Assembly: GCA_037447605.1 (NCBI GenBank)
Contig: CM074804.1
Coordinates: 868,001-932,000, forward strand
Direction: 5' to 3'
DNA: 64,000 bases
From: Zygnema circumcarinatum SAG 698-1b
Lineage: Eukaryota; Plantae; Zygnematophyceae
Position 1 is the first letter of the stretch. Every line of letters starts with the position of its first letter. The notes beneath the pieces were generated by a model. The model saw only the letters and a program-made list of their open reading frames with translations, was not told the DNA's origin and made no database searches. The position numbers were made by a program, and so were the translations under genes. Positions 23,061 to 36,708 of the stretch are shown in pieces.

Positions 23061-26000
23061 ATGGCGGGGGGAGGAGGCGGGCAGACCGTGGGCCTCCTGC
23101 TCTCCTTTGCGCCGCTGCGTCTATGTCTTCTTCTTCTTCTTCTTCTTCTTTTGGGAGGCTATGACGGCCGCGCGGACGCGCGAGAGGTGGCGAAGCAGGC
23201 TGAAGTGGCGGGCTCGGAGAATGGCGCGCGAAGTTACCGCCGAGCGTGAGTACATTCATGGCTTCCCTCCCTCCCTCCTCCCTTCCTCTCTCCTTTAATA
23301 TTTCCCTCCTTCTCTCCGTCCCTCCCTCCGTCCCTCCCTCTCTCCTTTCCTCTCTCCCTCACTGCATGCATGACATGTGGGAATGCATGCCATGCATGCC
23401 TCCCTGCATGCCACAGCGTGTCAGCTCGGAACACGCGGCACGCGATCCTGCATAGATGTGCGCAAAAAATCGTTTTTTTGCCTCGTTGGAGATTTAGACT
23501 GATGTTACTCATGAAAGTAGGAAGAATTGTTATATTACTTTATGGCAGAGGTATGCACCCACGAGCAGTATGCACCTGCAACTGTCTGCTGAAGTCCGTG
23601 AAAGTCTTTTAACGCTATTGCAGGCCATACTTTGGCTCAAAACCGATCACAATATGTGTTGCAATGCGTTGAATGCGTCGCCTCATGTCGAAGCTACTGC
23701 ATTCAGAATGGCTTATGGTTTCCAATCATCCGTTGGGTCATGGTGTGTGGGACTGCAAAAACGTAAATGTGAATCAGTCAACTGGTAATTTGCAGCACAA
23801 GAAGTTAGTCCAAAAAGCAAGTTTTGGATGAGTGTGTTCTTAGTGTCCACAATGCAAGGGTCCAACATTTTAGTGGTTGAGCCATCTGTTCCCATTCTTG
23901 AAGCCTCACTTTGGAAAGTCACCCGTTACTTGGCCATGTCATGAAAAGTGTAGTCGAAGTACAATGCAATTTTTTTGAAAACAATTGATAATGCAGTATC
24001 ATGTGCAGTCTAAGTTTCCGTTGGCTCCTGTCAATGTATCTGTCGAGGTGTTGCCAGGTCAAAGCAGCTCTTATCTCTATTTTTTTTGCCGAGTGCGTTT
24101 CTGCCTGTTTCTTTTCACATCGGAAGGATTACATCTTCTAAACCGCTAGTCGAAATTTCTCATCCTTCATCTTTAAAAAGAAAAAAAAAATCAAAAGTGG
24201 TCCATCAAAGTAGCAAATTCCAAAAGCGTTAGCAAATATTGCAAAAACGTTGCTGATTAAAACCCATGTTGCAGAATCCCAATTGTGGAGCCCGACCAAA
24301 CACACACTCATCTGAAGGTTTCTCGAGAAGGGTTGGACGTTATCGCTCGCATACAAAACCCCATCGCCGTGGTTGCAGTAAGCTCCTCTCTATGCTCTTC
24401 CCAACAGTTTCAGTTTACGAGCAGAACTGAAACACGCACCGCAACGGACGGAAAGCGGAACAGCGCAAGCATTAAGAGCATATACATGCATGGCGAATTT
24501 GGTGGACAGGTGATTGGGCCGTACAGATCCGGGAAGTCTTTCCTTCTCAACCAGCTGTTGGGGCTCACCTGCAATGAAGGTGGGTGTGTGTGCAGGGGGA
24601 AGGATTCTGTAAGTTTTCTCCTGCATTAGTTTGTTTTTAGGGTTTTACGCTTTCAGGTTTGTTTGTAGATTATTTTGACAACAACTTGAAAATGTCGAAC
24701 GACTCAAAAGTGGAGCTGTGGGGGGATGATCAGGCTTTGGAGTGGGCCACATGCGTGATACAAAAACTAAGGGTATGAAAATCCGCTCCCTTGTTTCTCC
24801 CTGTTGTTAGAAGCTCTCAGTTGTTCTAGCTATCATGTTTTTTTTGACATGTGAGTCATCCAAAAACTGTGTTTTTTTGGCACAGGTGTATGGGTGTGGG
24901 GTGAGCCACTCACCATGGAAATTAACGGAGTTACCACTTCAGTTCTGTTTTTGGATACGGAGGGCTTTGAAAGCTTGGGCAAGTCTACGGTATACGATGA
25001 TCGGTACGCTCGTTTAATCTGCACATCGTACTTTTTACTTTCGTCACTTCTCAGTAGAAGCATCAGACCTACCTTGTATGAATTTGATAGTCATAGAAGA
25101 AATTTCCAATATTGCTCACCTATGTTGCCGTTCCATTGTCCCCGGAAAACTGCGCAGAATCTTTGCTTTGGCAGCGATTGTCAGTTCCGTTCTCATATAC
25201 AATTTGCCGGAAACGGTGCACCCTCGGTTCAAGCTCTCCCATTGGCTGATGACTGCGTCAACTCCCTCTCTCTCTACGTGCACTTTGAAGTCAACATTTA
25301 GGTCGAAATTAAGGTCAAGATGAAGGTCAAAAGCAGGGCCGGAAAGCTGAGATTTATGCCAACTCCATTGATAGCATTATGTTTGACTTTCGTGTTCCGA
25401 GACTTTGCTGACGTTTTTCTTGTCGTTTTGTGTGGGGGGGGATGTGGCGAAGAGGTGGAGCAGGTGAAGGAGGCAGACATCGCCAAACTGTCCTTTGCAG
25501 TTGAGCTCGCAGAGGAGTTCTATGGGAGGTCAGTACAGTCAGTGGTTTTTGTTCTAGAACTGAAACTGAACATGGCGTGGATGCAGTCATGGAACATTGT
25601 TCAGATGATAAATGAACCATCTAAGTGTACTAAATTGTCCTTTTGCTTCTCTTCCCCCCTTCCCCCCCCCCCTTTATCTCCCACATCGTTCCTCCATCTC
25701 TCACCCTCTCCTGCTTCTCTCCTCTCTCCCCTCCTCGTCCTCCCCTCTCTCTCCCCCCCCCACCCCAAATATCTGCTGTCTTTTTTGCCCTTTTGGAATG
25801 TTTTGCTGATGTTTATCCTTCTTGCATGTGTGCAAAATGGCTTATACTTTTCTGATTTCAAAAAATATCTTCCTCGCTCTGATCTGCATTCTGCTCAGAG
25901 TCAATGTAAGTCAAACCCCGAAATCCCTAACTGCCATGTCTTTACCATGTAATTTCTGTTCTATCTCCTTGAGATTTCCAAAATTTCAAGCTGGTAATAC

Positions 26001-29000
26001 TCCAAGTTCATCCAAAAAAAAGAAATTGGGTTGTGAAGTCCTGTAATTTGAATGCAGATCCGATCTTCTTCTTCTGCAGGGAAGAGAGGCCTCTTTTCGG
26101 CTTGGACGGCTTCTGTGGCTAATTCAGCGTGACTTTCTTGGTCGGTTAACCATCTTACAATCTCGTTTCCTTCTGAAATGCAAAGCAAATACACCCTCTT
26201 GTCTAAATACCAAATATTTTGCGGACTATTCTCGATTTGAAGTGGTAATCCGACCTTTTAAATGCGGTTGAAAGGCTATTTGTTTTGCTGGAGTTCCATG
26301 CAGAGGGAAAATCCGTTCAGCAGATGGTGGAGGAGGCTATCCGGCCCGTGCCCAATGAAGAAGGTTTGCCTCTGAATAGAAACTGCTTGCATGAGCTGGG
26401 AATTGGTGATTTCATGTCAACATGGATAGCATGCTCTATTGATGTTCGACCATGTTTAAAAGCGATTTCAACACTTGTAGCAAGCAAGGGATTGTCAGCA
26501 GTCTCTCTCTCTCTTTCTCTCTCCCGCTCTCTCCCTCTCTCTCCGATGATCTCGATTGCATGATAGGGAGGTTTTTTTCTGTGTAAGTGTTTGCTGATGA
26601 TGTTGATTTGTTGTCGATGTGGCTTTGTCGAGGGTTGCAGGGAATCCGGATGTGGAGCAGGTACACTGTAGCTCCATTATCCTTTCATGGCTTTATGGAA
26701 ATGCATGTGGCCTTCATGAACTGTGAGCGAGTGCTGAGGCTAATTTGTAACTCACTTGGTTTGTGAAAATACACCAAATGCAAGAGTAGGCATCTCAGTT
26801 TTCTCTTCTCTTCTCTTCCAAATGTCTTTGCAATCAAGTATATACATTTACATATGGAGGTGTGGAAATGTTGAGCTCAAATGAGGGAATGTGTGGGGAA
26901 GGTCTGCATCAGTCACAAGTAACAGTCAGGTCCTCCAACGGAATGAATGAACTGCACAAGACATAGAAACAGACAGGGAAACTGATGTGATGGAGACTTT
27001 TTGAATGGCAGGTGAACCGGATTCGTCAGTCTCTCGCAACTATGACTTCAAATCTGACAGCTTTCGGCCTTCGACAGGTGACTTTCTTATCAATTTACTT
27101 TCTTTCCTTTCTTCTTGTTTTTGGGTTTCAGACACAAGTATTCCGGCTGAAGCTCTCTAGAACACCCTTTGAAAGCTCCCAACTTGTTGATCATGTGACC
27201 ATTTCCTTCTTAATTACTTCTTTTTGTGATGGGTGTTTTTTCTGCCTGCCTGCAGCCCCATCTGATGCGGACCAAACTCTGCGAAATGAAGGATGGCGAA
27301 CTGGACCCTGTCTATGTGCAACAGCGAACGGAACTGAAGAAGCTCATGGAATCCATGATTGTTCCCAAACTGTGGGGGGGAGGCTCACTCAATGGGAAGG
27401 AGTTTGCTGAGGCAATAGAGCAGGTGAGGGCCAAATAGAGCCTATACGCTCATGCACTTGCACATGCATGGAATTTCATTTCACACACGAGAAGAGAACT
27501 GGAGAGGAGTTGAGCTAGAAGTAGGAGTTAAGAAGGGTGAATGGAACTATATGGAGGGAGGCTGAAAGGCAGAAGGAGAGCTGCAGGGGGTAGAATACCA
27601 AGATAAGATATAATAAGATAAGATAAGATATAGGCCCAGCAGGAGGGGAAAGAGGAGAAGCGCAGCAGAGGAGAAGTGGGTAGAGGAAAAGCGAGGGAGC
27701 AAGAGACGGAGAGAGAGGGCCAGAAAAGAAAACTCTCAATTTTCTTCCTGAACTTTGTTCTCCCTTCCTCAGACCCTGCAAGCGTTGAACGAGGGAGCCA
27801 TTCCCTCTGCCGGCTCTGTGGTAGAAGCCTTCAACCGAGCAGTGAGGGAGCGCTGCCTCTCTCTCTACCTCGAGAGGATGTCTCACCTCCGCCTTCCCGC
27901 CATGGATTCGCAACTGAGAGAGGCACATGGAGCGGCAGCAGAGGCAGCTCGAACGCTATTTGAGAAGGAGAGATTTGGGCAGAGGGCGGCGGAAGAAGCA
28001 GAGAAGAGGCTGGAGGATGAGCTTGGGAAGGTACTGCTTCTTTCTTCATATGAACTGCCATTATGGGCTCTCTGTTTCTGATCCACCTCTTCTCCATGCA
28101 GGGGTCAATCAATCATCGTCTCTGTTCGTCTGCCGATGTTGATCTTCGGGTGGTCCTGTTGGGTCACTTGAGAGGTGGATCAACTATGATCAAGTTCTTC
28201 TTTTACCTAGTTATTTCGATAAATAACTGAACATAAAAAACTCATGTGCATACATGATGAGTGGCTGCCTGCATTTGGGAGTGCAGGCGGGGGAGAAGAT
28301 ACGAGATGCGAATGCATTGGCCTCCTCTCAGCGGTGCGAGTCGCTGTATGCGGAATGCGAGGACCAGCTCGCGTACTTAGAGAACATGCGCCTTCCCTCC
28401 ATGGCCAAGTTCGACGCCGGCCTCAAACACTGCAACCAAAGTGCCGAAACTGCATGCGTGGGACCCTCCAGGGAACACTACGCCATGAGACTCAACAAGG
28501 TGCAGCAAGCAGACAGCAGCAAGCAGCCCCAACACTAGCCACAAAAACTTGCTCTTTGCAAACCACTTCATGCTGAACCTCCCACTGAACCCTCTCTCTC
28601 TCTCTCTCCCTCTCTCCCTCTCTCCCTCTCTCCCTCTCTCCCTCTCTCCCCCTCTCCCTCTCCCTCTTTCCCTCTTTCCCTCTCTCTCTCTCTCTTTCCC
28701 CCCTCTCTTTTTCGCTCTCCCTCCCTCTCTCCCTCTCTCCCCCTCTCCCTCTCCCTCTTTCCCTCTTTCCCTCTCGCTCTCTCTTTCCCCCCTCTCTTTT
28801 TCGCTCTCCCTCCCTCTCTCCCTCTCTCCCCCTCTCCCTCTCTCCCTCTTTCCCTCTCTCCCTCTCTCCCTCGCTCCCTCTCTCCCCTCTCCTCCCTCTC
28901 TCCCTCTCTCCCTCTCTCCCTCTCCCTCTCTCCCTCTCTCCCTCTCTCCCTCTCTCCCTCCTCTCTCCTCTCCTCTCTCCCCCCTCTCTCTCTCTCTCCC

Positions 29001-29965
29001 TCTCTCCCTCTCTCCCTCTCTCCCTCTCTCCCTCTCCCTCTTTCCCTCTTTCCCTCTTTCCCTCTCTCTCTCTCTCTTTCCCCCCTCTCTTTTTCGCTCT
29101 CCCTCCCTCTCTCCCTCTCTCCCCCTCTCCCTCTCCCTCTTTCCCTCTTTCCCTCTCTCTCTCTCTTTCCCCCCTCTCTTTTTCGCTCTCCCTCCCTCCT
29201 CCCTCTCTCCCTCTCCCTCTCCCTCCCTCCCTCTCTCCTCTCTCTCTCTCCTCTCCCTCTCTCCCTCTCCCTCTCCCTCTCTCCCTCTCTCCCCCCTCTC
29301 TCCCTCTCTCCCCTCTCCTTTCTCTCCCTCCCTCTCTCCCCTCTCCTCTCTCCCTCTCCCTCCCTCTCTCTCTCTCCCCCTCTCTCCCCCCTCTCTCTCT
29401 CTCTCTGTGTGTGCAGATGTGGGCCCGCGAGCGGGTGCAGTTTCAGAAGGAGTACAACCAGCGGCTGTTCAACTGGCTGGTGGTCGCCTCCCTCGCGCTT
29501 GTGGCGTTAGCGCGCTTCGTCCTCAAGTCCCTCCTATTGGAGGCCGCCGCGTGGGCGCTCTTCGTCTTCCTCGAGGCCTACACGCGCATCTTCTGGTCCG
29601 CGGAGGGCCTCTACTACAACGCCACGTGGCGGACCTTTGTCGGCGTGTGGGAGGCTCTCGTGTTCAACCCGGTGGTGGATCTCGACCGGTACGCAGGTTC
29701 AACCTGGCCTTGGGTGGATCCTGGGGCGGCTGCGGAGTTCTGTGAGGTCATCCGGTTGAGTTTGTATGGGAGGGGGGGGGGGGGGGTGCAGGTGGGCCAT
29801 TCCCCTCAGCTGGGGGGCCATCATGGGGATGATTCTGTTCCGCTGCTATCGGTGGCGGAGGAGATTATCTGTGAGTGGGATCCCTCTCTCTCTCGGCCCC
29901 TCTCTCTCTCTCCCTCTCTCCCTCCCTCTCTCCCTCCCTCTCTCCCTCCCTCTCTCCCTCGCTCC

Positions 29966-30020
<55 letters not shown>

Positions 30021-30245
30021 TCTCTCTCTCTCTCCCCCTACCTCGGTTGATCTTGTGTTGGGCATTGAAGTCCATCCAGAGTTTCCCTAACATAGCACTT
30101 GGAAGTCTGGCAGGTACAAAGTGGCGGAAGAAGTGGGAGTCAGTCGGCACGTGCGAAGGCAAAGCAGGAGGAGAGCACGGGGGGGAGAAGCTCTTGGCTG
30201 TGGAGGAGGGCCGACAAAGGAAATGTGGGGGCCAAAAATGTGTAA
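23061..30245 (+). CDS. guanylate-binding protein (GBP/atlastin-like) GTPase with N-terminal hydrophobic segment and C-terminal TM segments
   Basis: Exons give [30 protein letters not shown] (G1), [22 protein letters not shown] (G3), [17 protein letters not shown] (G4 RD), helical domain, then [19 protein letters not shown]|WAIPL. Matches the plant GBP-like family from memory. The last exon is less certain. Confidence 0.88.
28590..29405. repeat. ~0.8-kb CT-rich microsatellite/minisatellite in a GBP intron
   Basis: Near-pure C/T tract with recurring units such as CTCTTTCCCCCCTCTCTTTTTCGCTCTCCCTC. Confidence 0.9.
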
Positions 30246-30764
30246 ATGGGGAACTGGGATAGGTTTGCAAATTATTTTTTTCTTGTTGTTGTGGAGGAGC
30301 AAATCCTCACGGTTTTATACTTGCGGTACATTTAGGTAGAGGTGGTTTTATGCTGATTTTTTGCAATTCAATCGGTGTTAAGGTTTTCTTCAGTTCTGAA
30401 CTACGGCTTTAGGTGGTCAAATGTTATGCGGGAGAGGTAGTGGTGAAGCGGGAGAGAGGCAGAGAGAGAGAGGGGGAGGGAGCGGAGAGGTAGAAGTCGA
30501 AAATGATTGGGCCGAACATGCAGGAGGTGAACAGGGCCCCGTTCAGAGCGGCCTTATTTGGCGGACTGTTAGGAAATGGATGTTCATGATGATGCTGACG
30601 TCAGCGAGTTCAGGTCGAGAAACCGAGCGTGCTGGAATGAGAAATTCATGAGAGATTTGGAACCCAAAACTGGGAACATTTGTGATTTGTAATGGAAGTG
30701 CTTTGGATGAGATCAGTTACATTACCAGTGCTGCTGCACAGGGCGGACAATGGGATCAACCATT

Positions 30765-30930
30765 GGCCAACCATTGTTTTCCGACTTAGCTAACCATTGC
30801 GAATGGCTGGCGGCCATTGGGCCACTGCCAATGGTTGAGTTGTACATTCCGGTAGAGGAAACAGCCAGCCCATTGGCACGAGTTCCAACCATTGGTTGCA
30901 AGCCAAATTCCAACGCAATGGTAGGACCTG
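30765..30930. repeat. degenerate ACCATTGG/CCAATGGT palindromic repeat cluster, related to the 40.6-41.4 kb arrays
   Basis: Repeated AACCATTGG, CCAATGGTT and AACCATTGGTT motifs, similar to 40608-40640. Confidence 0.55.
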
Positions 30931-31199
30931 CGCCACTGTTGCAGTCGCGCGCATGGAATCGCTGCAGACAAAACGACAAACGTACAGAATCCGATTCCTT
31001 TGCTGCGATTGGTTCGCCAGTCGGATTTTTTTTTTTATGATTAGCATTTAATGCTTCTGCCCGTTCAGAATGCCACGTAGACTGACTGTCGGCCAGTTTT
31101 GTCGACCTTCGTACCTCAACCGACATGGAGGCGTACGGATGGCAACGGCCCGGATTCGCGGGAGGGCGACGCAAACCCTAACTGGATAAACCGTTGACA

Positions 31200-31950
31200 T
31201 GAAAAGGGGGGGGGCGGGGATGCTGGCGCTGGTGCTGGTCCTGGGAAAGGGCGGGGGATATTGCGAAGCAGGGCGGCTGAGGCGAGGAGGGAGGAGGGGA
31301 GGGAGGAGGGAGGAGGGGAGGGAGGAGGGAGGAGGGAGGAGGGAGGAGGGAGGAGGGAGGAGGAAGCAGGGAGCAGGGAGCAGGGAGCAGGGAGCAGGGA
31401 GCAGGGAGGAAGAAGGGAGGAGGGAGACAGGGAGAAAGGGAGGTGAAGGGAGGAGAGACGAGAAAGAGGTATGGAGGCGCCAGGGAAGCACGAGAGGCGG
31501 GAGGGGAGGTGGGGTGTGGGAGAGGGAGAGGGAGAAGGAGAGAGGAGGATAAGAGGGGGAGTTGAAGGATAGGGAGAGAGAGTGAGAGGAATAGTGAGAG
31601 AGGAGTAAAAGGAGGTGAGGCAGGGGAGGTGCAGGATAGGGAGAAAGTGAGAGAGGCAGAGTGAGAGGGATGTAAAAGGAGGGGAGGCAGGGTCAGAGAG
31701 ACGTAGATGGATAGAAGGCGAGGGAAAAGATTAGGGGGAGGTTGGGAGGGACGGGAAGGGAGATGGAATAGTGATTAGGGGAGGGAGTGGTGGTTGAGTA
31801 GAGAGAGAGGAGGAGGGAGGAGGGGGAGGGATGGATAAGAGGGGGATAGGGCGAGGATAAGTGTGAGGGCGACAGGAGACAATAGGGGGAGGGTGGGAGG
31901 GTGGGAGAGTGGGAGATAAGATAGGGAGCGGGCGTAGGGTGAAGGGAAAG
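31200..31950. repeat. purine-rich (GGA/GAG/GGGAGCA) low-complexity tract
   Basis: Almost pure G/A with (GGGAGCA)n at ~31368-31405. Confidence 0.85.
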
Positions 31951-32242
31951 CGCAGTCTATAGTCTCTGCATGGCCCTTGCGGGCACTCCCTTAACCTTCT
32001 GTTTTGTTAACCGGTTTTGACATTTTAGATATGCCAAAGTTCTCCATCCTATTAATCTTTCTGCGCTTGGGTCTTTTTGTTTTTTGGGTCCGTCAGTCTG
32101 TGGGATTGCACTTCCACGTTCTGAGTGTTTCCCTCCCCTTGAAATAATCCAAACAACCCTAAGTTTTTTGGAAACCTTTTAAATTCTTCATACGGCTGAC
32201 CCATTTGCTGCTTCCTCCGCAGCTTCCACGCAGCTTCCAGCC

Positions 32243-33976
32243 ATGACCGGCGAGACGCCAACCCGTGTCACAACGCCCTTAAGCGAAGAACTCCTCTCTC
32301 CCGGACCTGCTGACGTCAGCCCTACTCCCTTCTCAGGAGAGTACCCCCTGAGCAGCCCCTCCACACGGAAGCAGGTCGGCAGTCCAAGGACCCCTGAAGC
32401 GATAAGTGGCGTATTGGATGGCCACCCTCGCCTTGCGCGAATGCGAACAATGTCTTCAGGGCTTGAGCTGCTCCGCTCTCCCACCGTCACTTTTGACCGA
32501 CTTGCGTCGGTGAAGGAGGTGCAGTCGAGAGAGGTCGCGTCACAGCCGATTGCCTTGAAGGACGGAATAAGGATTCCGGTTTTCGGAGACGTTTTGTGGG
32601 TTCATCTTCGTAGAGACGCGCTGATATGGCTAAGCAGTCCATTGAATGTGGCAACCCTAATTTGGATTGCGTGTGTGGCGGTTTCGGGGGCGCTCTTATT
32701 TATGGTCATGACGGGAATGCTGAACGGGGCGATTCCGAGGAAAGAAACGCGGGACACGTGGTTTGAAGTTAATAATCAGATTCTGAATGGGCTGTTCACG
32801 TTCATGTGCATTATAGTGCAGCCGGCGAGAATATGGTATGCAGTTCGGCTGCACCAGTGGAGACCGCAGGACATAATGGTGATGAGAGAAACCTTCAATA
32901 AAGGGGGAACAAGAAAGCCGCAGGAATGGAAGCATATGCTGGTTGTAGTGATCCTTTTGAACCTGAATTGTGCGTTTCAGTACTGTTTGGCGGGTCTGAA
33001 TTGGGGATATTCAAGGGAGGAGCGACCTGCTATTGGAGTTGCTGTTGCTCTTTTAGGGGCCATTGGATGTGCAGCTGCTGCGGGACTCTACAACTTCCTC
33101 TCTCCTCTCGGAAAAGACTCTGATTTAGAACTTTTGGAGGAGGGAGATTCTGCTCTCATGGAAGCAGGCTTGAGCAAGCGGCAGCTTTTCGACAAGCAGA
33201 AGTTGGAATTCATGAACAGGAAACCTGCTGAGAAGCCGAAATGGAGTGGGGGGGTCCTTTCGGGCTACTGCAACGACTTGCGAGTGGGAGTACTGTCAAC
33301 TTTATGCTGCATTTGCATTTTTGGAATTAATCACGAGAGGCTCGGGCTCGGAAACAAGTTCGTCCACATGATAACGTTTGCGTTATTTCTGTTCGCTCCG
33401 TTTCTGATTTTTGTGTTGGCGGCTGTCAATATCAATAATGAAGGGACTCGTCACATCGTTGGGGGAATAGGGATTGGAATTTCAGTGCTGGGAGTGCTCT
33501 ATGGGGGCTTCTTTAGGATGAAGATGAGGCAGACATATGATCTCCCAAAACGGAGGTGGTTCTTTGGGCACGCTGCCACGACGGATTTCATCACATGGAT
33601 GCTCTGTTCCGTTTGCGCCCTCGCACAGGAGGTTCGTACGGCGGAGTATTATGACATCTATGATTCAAAATTCTATGAGAGGGAGGGAGAGGGAGAGGGA
33701 GGGGGAGAGGGAGAGGGAGAGGGAGGAGGGAAGTGGAAGCCGAGCATGGAGACGGTGCCTTCCATGCATGACGTGGAAGGTGGGTCGAAAGAAGACATGA
33801 ACCCTCCGGAGGAGATGGAGATGGAGGGGATGCATGCGAGCACGGAAGTGCCGAAAGATGGTCCGTTGGAAGGCAGCCATGGCCAGAAATCTGTTGAACT
33901 TGGAGACGTTGGTGCAGTTGCGAATTCCCCTTTGAGTGAAATAGCAAATGAGGTGTCAGATTTGCGAAAGGAATAA
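32243..33976 (+). CDS. intronless DUF2985 + PLAC8-family membrane protein (577 aa)
   Basis: WLSSPLNVATLIWIACVAVSGALLFMVMTGML..WFEVNNQILNGLFTFMC (DUF2985-like); PKWSGG..CCICIFG..DFITWMLCSVCALAQEVRT (PLAC8-like). Confidence 0.88.
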   Translation: MTGETPTRVTTPLSEELLSPGPADVSPTPFSGEYPLSSPSTRKQVGSPRTPEAISGVLDGHPRLARMRTMSSGLELLRSPTVTFDRLASVKEVQSREVASQPIALKDGIRIPVFGDVLWVHLRRDALIWLSSPLNVATLIWIACVAVSGALLFMVMTGMLNGAIPRKETRDTWFEVNNQILNGLFTFMCIIVQPARIWYAVRLHQWRPQDIMVMRETFNKGGTRKPQEWKHMLVVVILLNLNCAFQYCLAGLNWGYSREERPAIGVAVALLGAIGCAAAAGLYNFLSPLGKDSDLELLEEGDSALMEAGLSKRQLFDKQKLEFMNRKPAEKPKWSGGVLSGYCNDLRVGVLSTLCCICIFGINHERLGLGNKFVHMITFALFLFAPFLIFVLAAVNINNEGTRHIVGGIGIGISVLGVLYGGFFRMKMRQTYDLPKRRWFFGHAATTDFITWMLCSVCALAQEVRTAEYYDIYDSKFYEREGEGEGGGEGEGEGGGKWKPSMETVPSMHDVEGGSKEDMNPPEEMEMEGMHASTEVPKDGPLEGSHGQKSVELGDVGAVANSPLSEIANEVSDLRKE

Positions 33977-35659
33977 GAACATGGCGCGCTTTTGTTTCAG
34001 AAGTGAATCTGTTGATGGTTGGCATCTGCTCCAATGTGAGATTAGTGCCCTGTAAGGGCTCCTGCCAGTTATTCGACCTATTCGTTGATTTTTGATTTTT
34101 AAATAAATAAGCTAGCGGTTAGTGGCGCTAATTTTTAACAGAAGGAAGTTGCCAATAATGGCTGCTGGTTTCCGCCATTTGCTAAATATGTCAGCGAACA
34201 TAGAAGACAGCGACGGACATGTTTGTGTTCTTCTTGATGCTTTTAAGTATTGTATATATTCGTCGTAGTCAGTGAGGGCGTTACATCTGTTCATCATCAT
34301 CGTCATCATCGTTATCGTCATGATATGATGATGGTGACGAGGCTGAACATGAGGGCTATTGTTGATGATGAGTACGATGTGCTGCATGTGGTGGTGCCGA
34401 GAGCCATTGAAAATGGACCAGAGATGGACAAAACTTCTGACACAACATCACCAAAACTTGCTACATGTACGTCCCACAAAAGCCACTTGTTGCCGACTGC
34501 TACCACTTTGTTCCATGGCGTGCACAATGAACCCGTCTCCTTCAGTGCCAGTCTGACAACAATTCTTAAGTATAATAACGCACATTAAGCACCTTCACCT
34601 AGCGCATGTCACCACTTTGAATTGCGGTAAAACATGAACTTGCCACACCATGCACGTGTCACCATCGCAATGCCCTCTGTACACTCCCATCGAGTGAGCA
34701 CAAATTTCGCACAGCCCCCCACACTGTCATCTGAAAACGACTACAAGGAAGGCACTTCAGGAGCACACTGAAGGGTTGGCGACGCACATTGAAACATGAC
34801 GCACAAAGGAAAAACACACATTCCACATAGAGCCGAAGCACAGGGCGAGCGTGACAGAACTTGACCACTCTGTGAGCATCCATTCACCCGTTTTCCTGAA
34901 TGCAAATAACAGGACAAAGCTCACCCGTTCCATGCGCCGGAAGTGCACAGTACAATAAATCTTCACATGGAGTACAGGGTCCAAAGCAAAGGAAAAAGCG
35001 CACTTTGACACTTCCATCCCCTGCTTGGGACCCTCTCCAACCTTTTACTCATTCTTCACTCCTCTCTCCTTCTCTCTCCTCGTGTTATTTGACCTACTAG
35101 CCTCCATACGGAGGCCATGTTGGCTAAGTAAAGAAGTCCGCCTCTGTGTCCGAACACCCCAAGGCATGGATGCGCCCTGAGGCCAACCATGCATTCGAGT
35201 GTTTGCACACACACGCCTATATCTACTGCTACCACTGCTATAGCGAACCTTGACACTTGTTGCCAGGTAAAAAGTAAACAACAGGAATCTCTAACTGGGT
35301 CGTTTTAAGATCTCGCTTTATCTATCTCGCTTACGCTCTCTCCCCCCCTCTCTCTCTCTCTCTCTCTCCCCCTCCCTCCCTCCCGCTCCCCCCTCTCACG
35401 AGTGGGGTGAATGCTTTACAGTGCATGAACCTGCACCAAGCCGACTGCACTTTGATGTAGCGATCTGTGAATGCGAAGAAGCCCCCACAGCAGTGGGAGA
35501 CATCACAGCCCAAAAAGGCGACTTTGGCTATTTCTATATTCGGAACAACCCGAAGCCGAAGGCGCCCAGTTGGACTGTGCTCTGTTTGAGGGAGTGCAGC
35601 GGCCGGAGCAGAGTCACCCAACCTTCCTACCCCCCTTATACCCTAAACCCCTCCCCTTC

Positions 35660-36394
35660 TTATTTCCACCCAGGAGGAAGCAGCCACGTGTCAATGCCCT
35701 GCACAGACAACGCCGTCGTAAACCTCTTGTCTTTAACAACCGTTGTCGCAATCGCTTTGGACCCTCCTACCACCGAGAAGGCCATCAAATTCGGCAAATT
35801 CTTGTTCTGCTCTCTCTGCAGGAGGGAGCCCTGCACGGAGAGGAGGTAGGTCCCCTTCCTTAGCGCGTAGAGTTGGGATTGCGAGAGGCGAGGAGTGACG
35901 GTGAGCATTTTGAGTGCGTCGTGGAGAGATTTAACGCTGCCCGTCTTCAGTTTTGTGCGCAGCGCAGCGTTCAGTTTGGCGAAGGCTGCGTCCGTGGGGA
36001 GGAAGAGAGTGGCCGCGTTCGCAGTTAGGAGCACCTCCAGGAAGTGCAAGAACGTGCCCTGGGGGCCTGCGGGAGAGAGGCAGAGAGAGAGAGGGGGGGG
36101 ATGAGGGAGGGAGGGAGGGAGGGCGGGAATGCAGCGAGAGAAGAGAGAGAAAGATAGGGAGGATGGGCGAGTGCACGAGGAAGTGGACAGATGTGGGCGT
36201 TTCGCAACTGAAGGAGAGAGAGAGAGAGATACACAGAGACGGCGACAGCGAGACATACCGAGACCGAGATACATAAAACGAGAGAACGAGAAAACGATCA
36301 AAAGAGATATGAAGAAAGTGAAAGCGGCTGACGGCGAGGGAGAGGGGGAGAGAGTGGGGTAGAGAGAGACGAAAGAAAGAGAGAGAGAGAGGGA

Positions 36395-36428
<34 letters not shown>

Positions 36429-36653
36429 AATAGAGAGGACAGTGCGAGGGAGAGGGAGCCGCAGCCTACCCGCTCTGGACATGAGTCCGACCACCTGCGA
36501 GAACTGTTTGTCCGCCTTTAGCGCCGCGAGCAGGTCCGCGACCTCCTTTGTGGGCGACCACGCCTGCTTCGGCGTCACCGTGACGGCCGCGGCGCACACA
36601 GAGACCGCCGCGAGGCAGAGAGCCGCCGCGCGGAGGACCCCCCGCGCCGCCAT
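35660..36653 (-). CDS. secreted single-FAS1 domain protein, copy 5 (~196 aa, exons 36653-36470, 36066-35660)
   Basis: Signal peptide MAARGVLRAAALCLAAVSVCAAA; FSQVVGLMSRA|G; ATLFLPTDAAF; VQGIDTWLLPPGWK*. Confidence 0.85.
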
Positions 36654-36698
36654 CCGCGGCCACTCGCCAACCACCTGGGGGAGAGGGAGAGGGAGGGG

Positions 36699-36708
36699 NN
36701 NNNNNNNN
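36699..36708. other. assembly gap (10 N)
   Basis: Run of N inside a G-rich tract, 46 bp upstream of the FAS1 copy 5 ATG. Confidence 1.

Noticed and set aside
28549-29745. 398-aa Leu/Ser/Pro-rich ORF and similar ORFs at 35931-37780, 60591-60900 and 61517-62086
   Set aside because: They are translations of CT/GA microsatellites lying in introns or intergenic DNA.
32243-33976. Intronless PLAC8 gene as a possible retrogene
   Set aside because: No poly-A remnant or TSD was seen, and I recall land-plant members of this family also being intron-poor.
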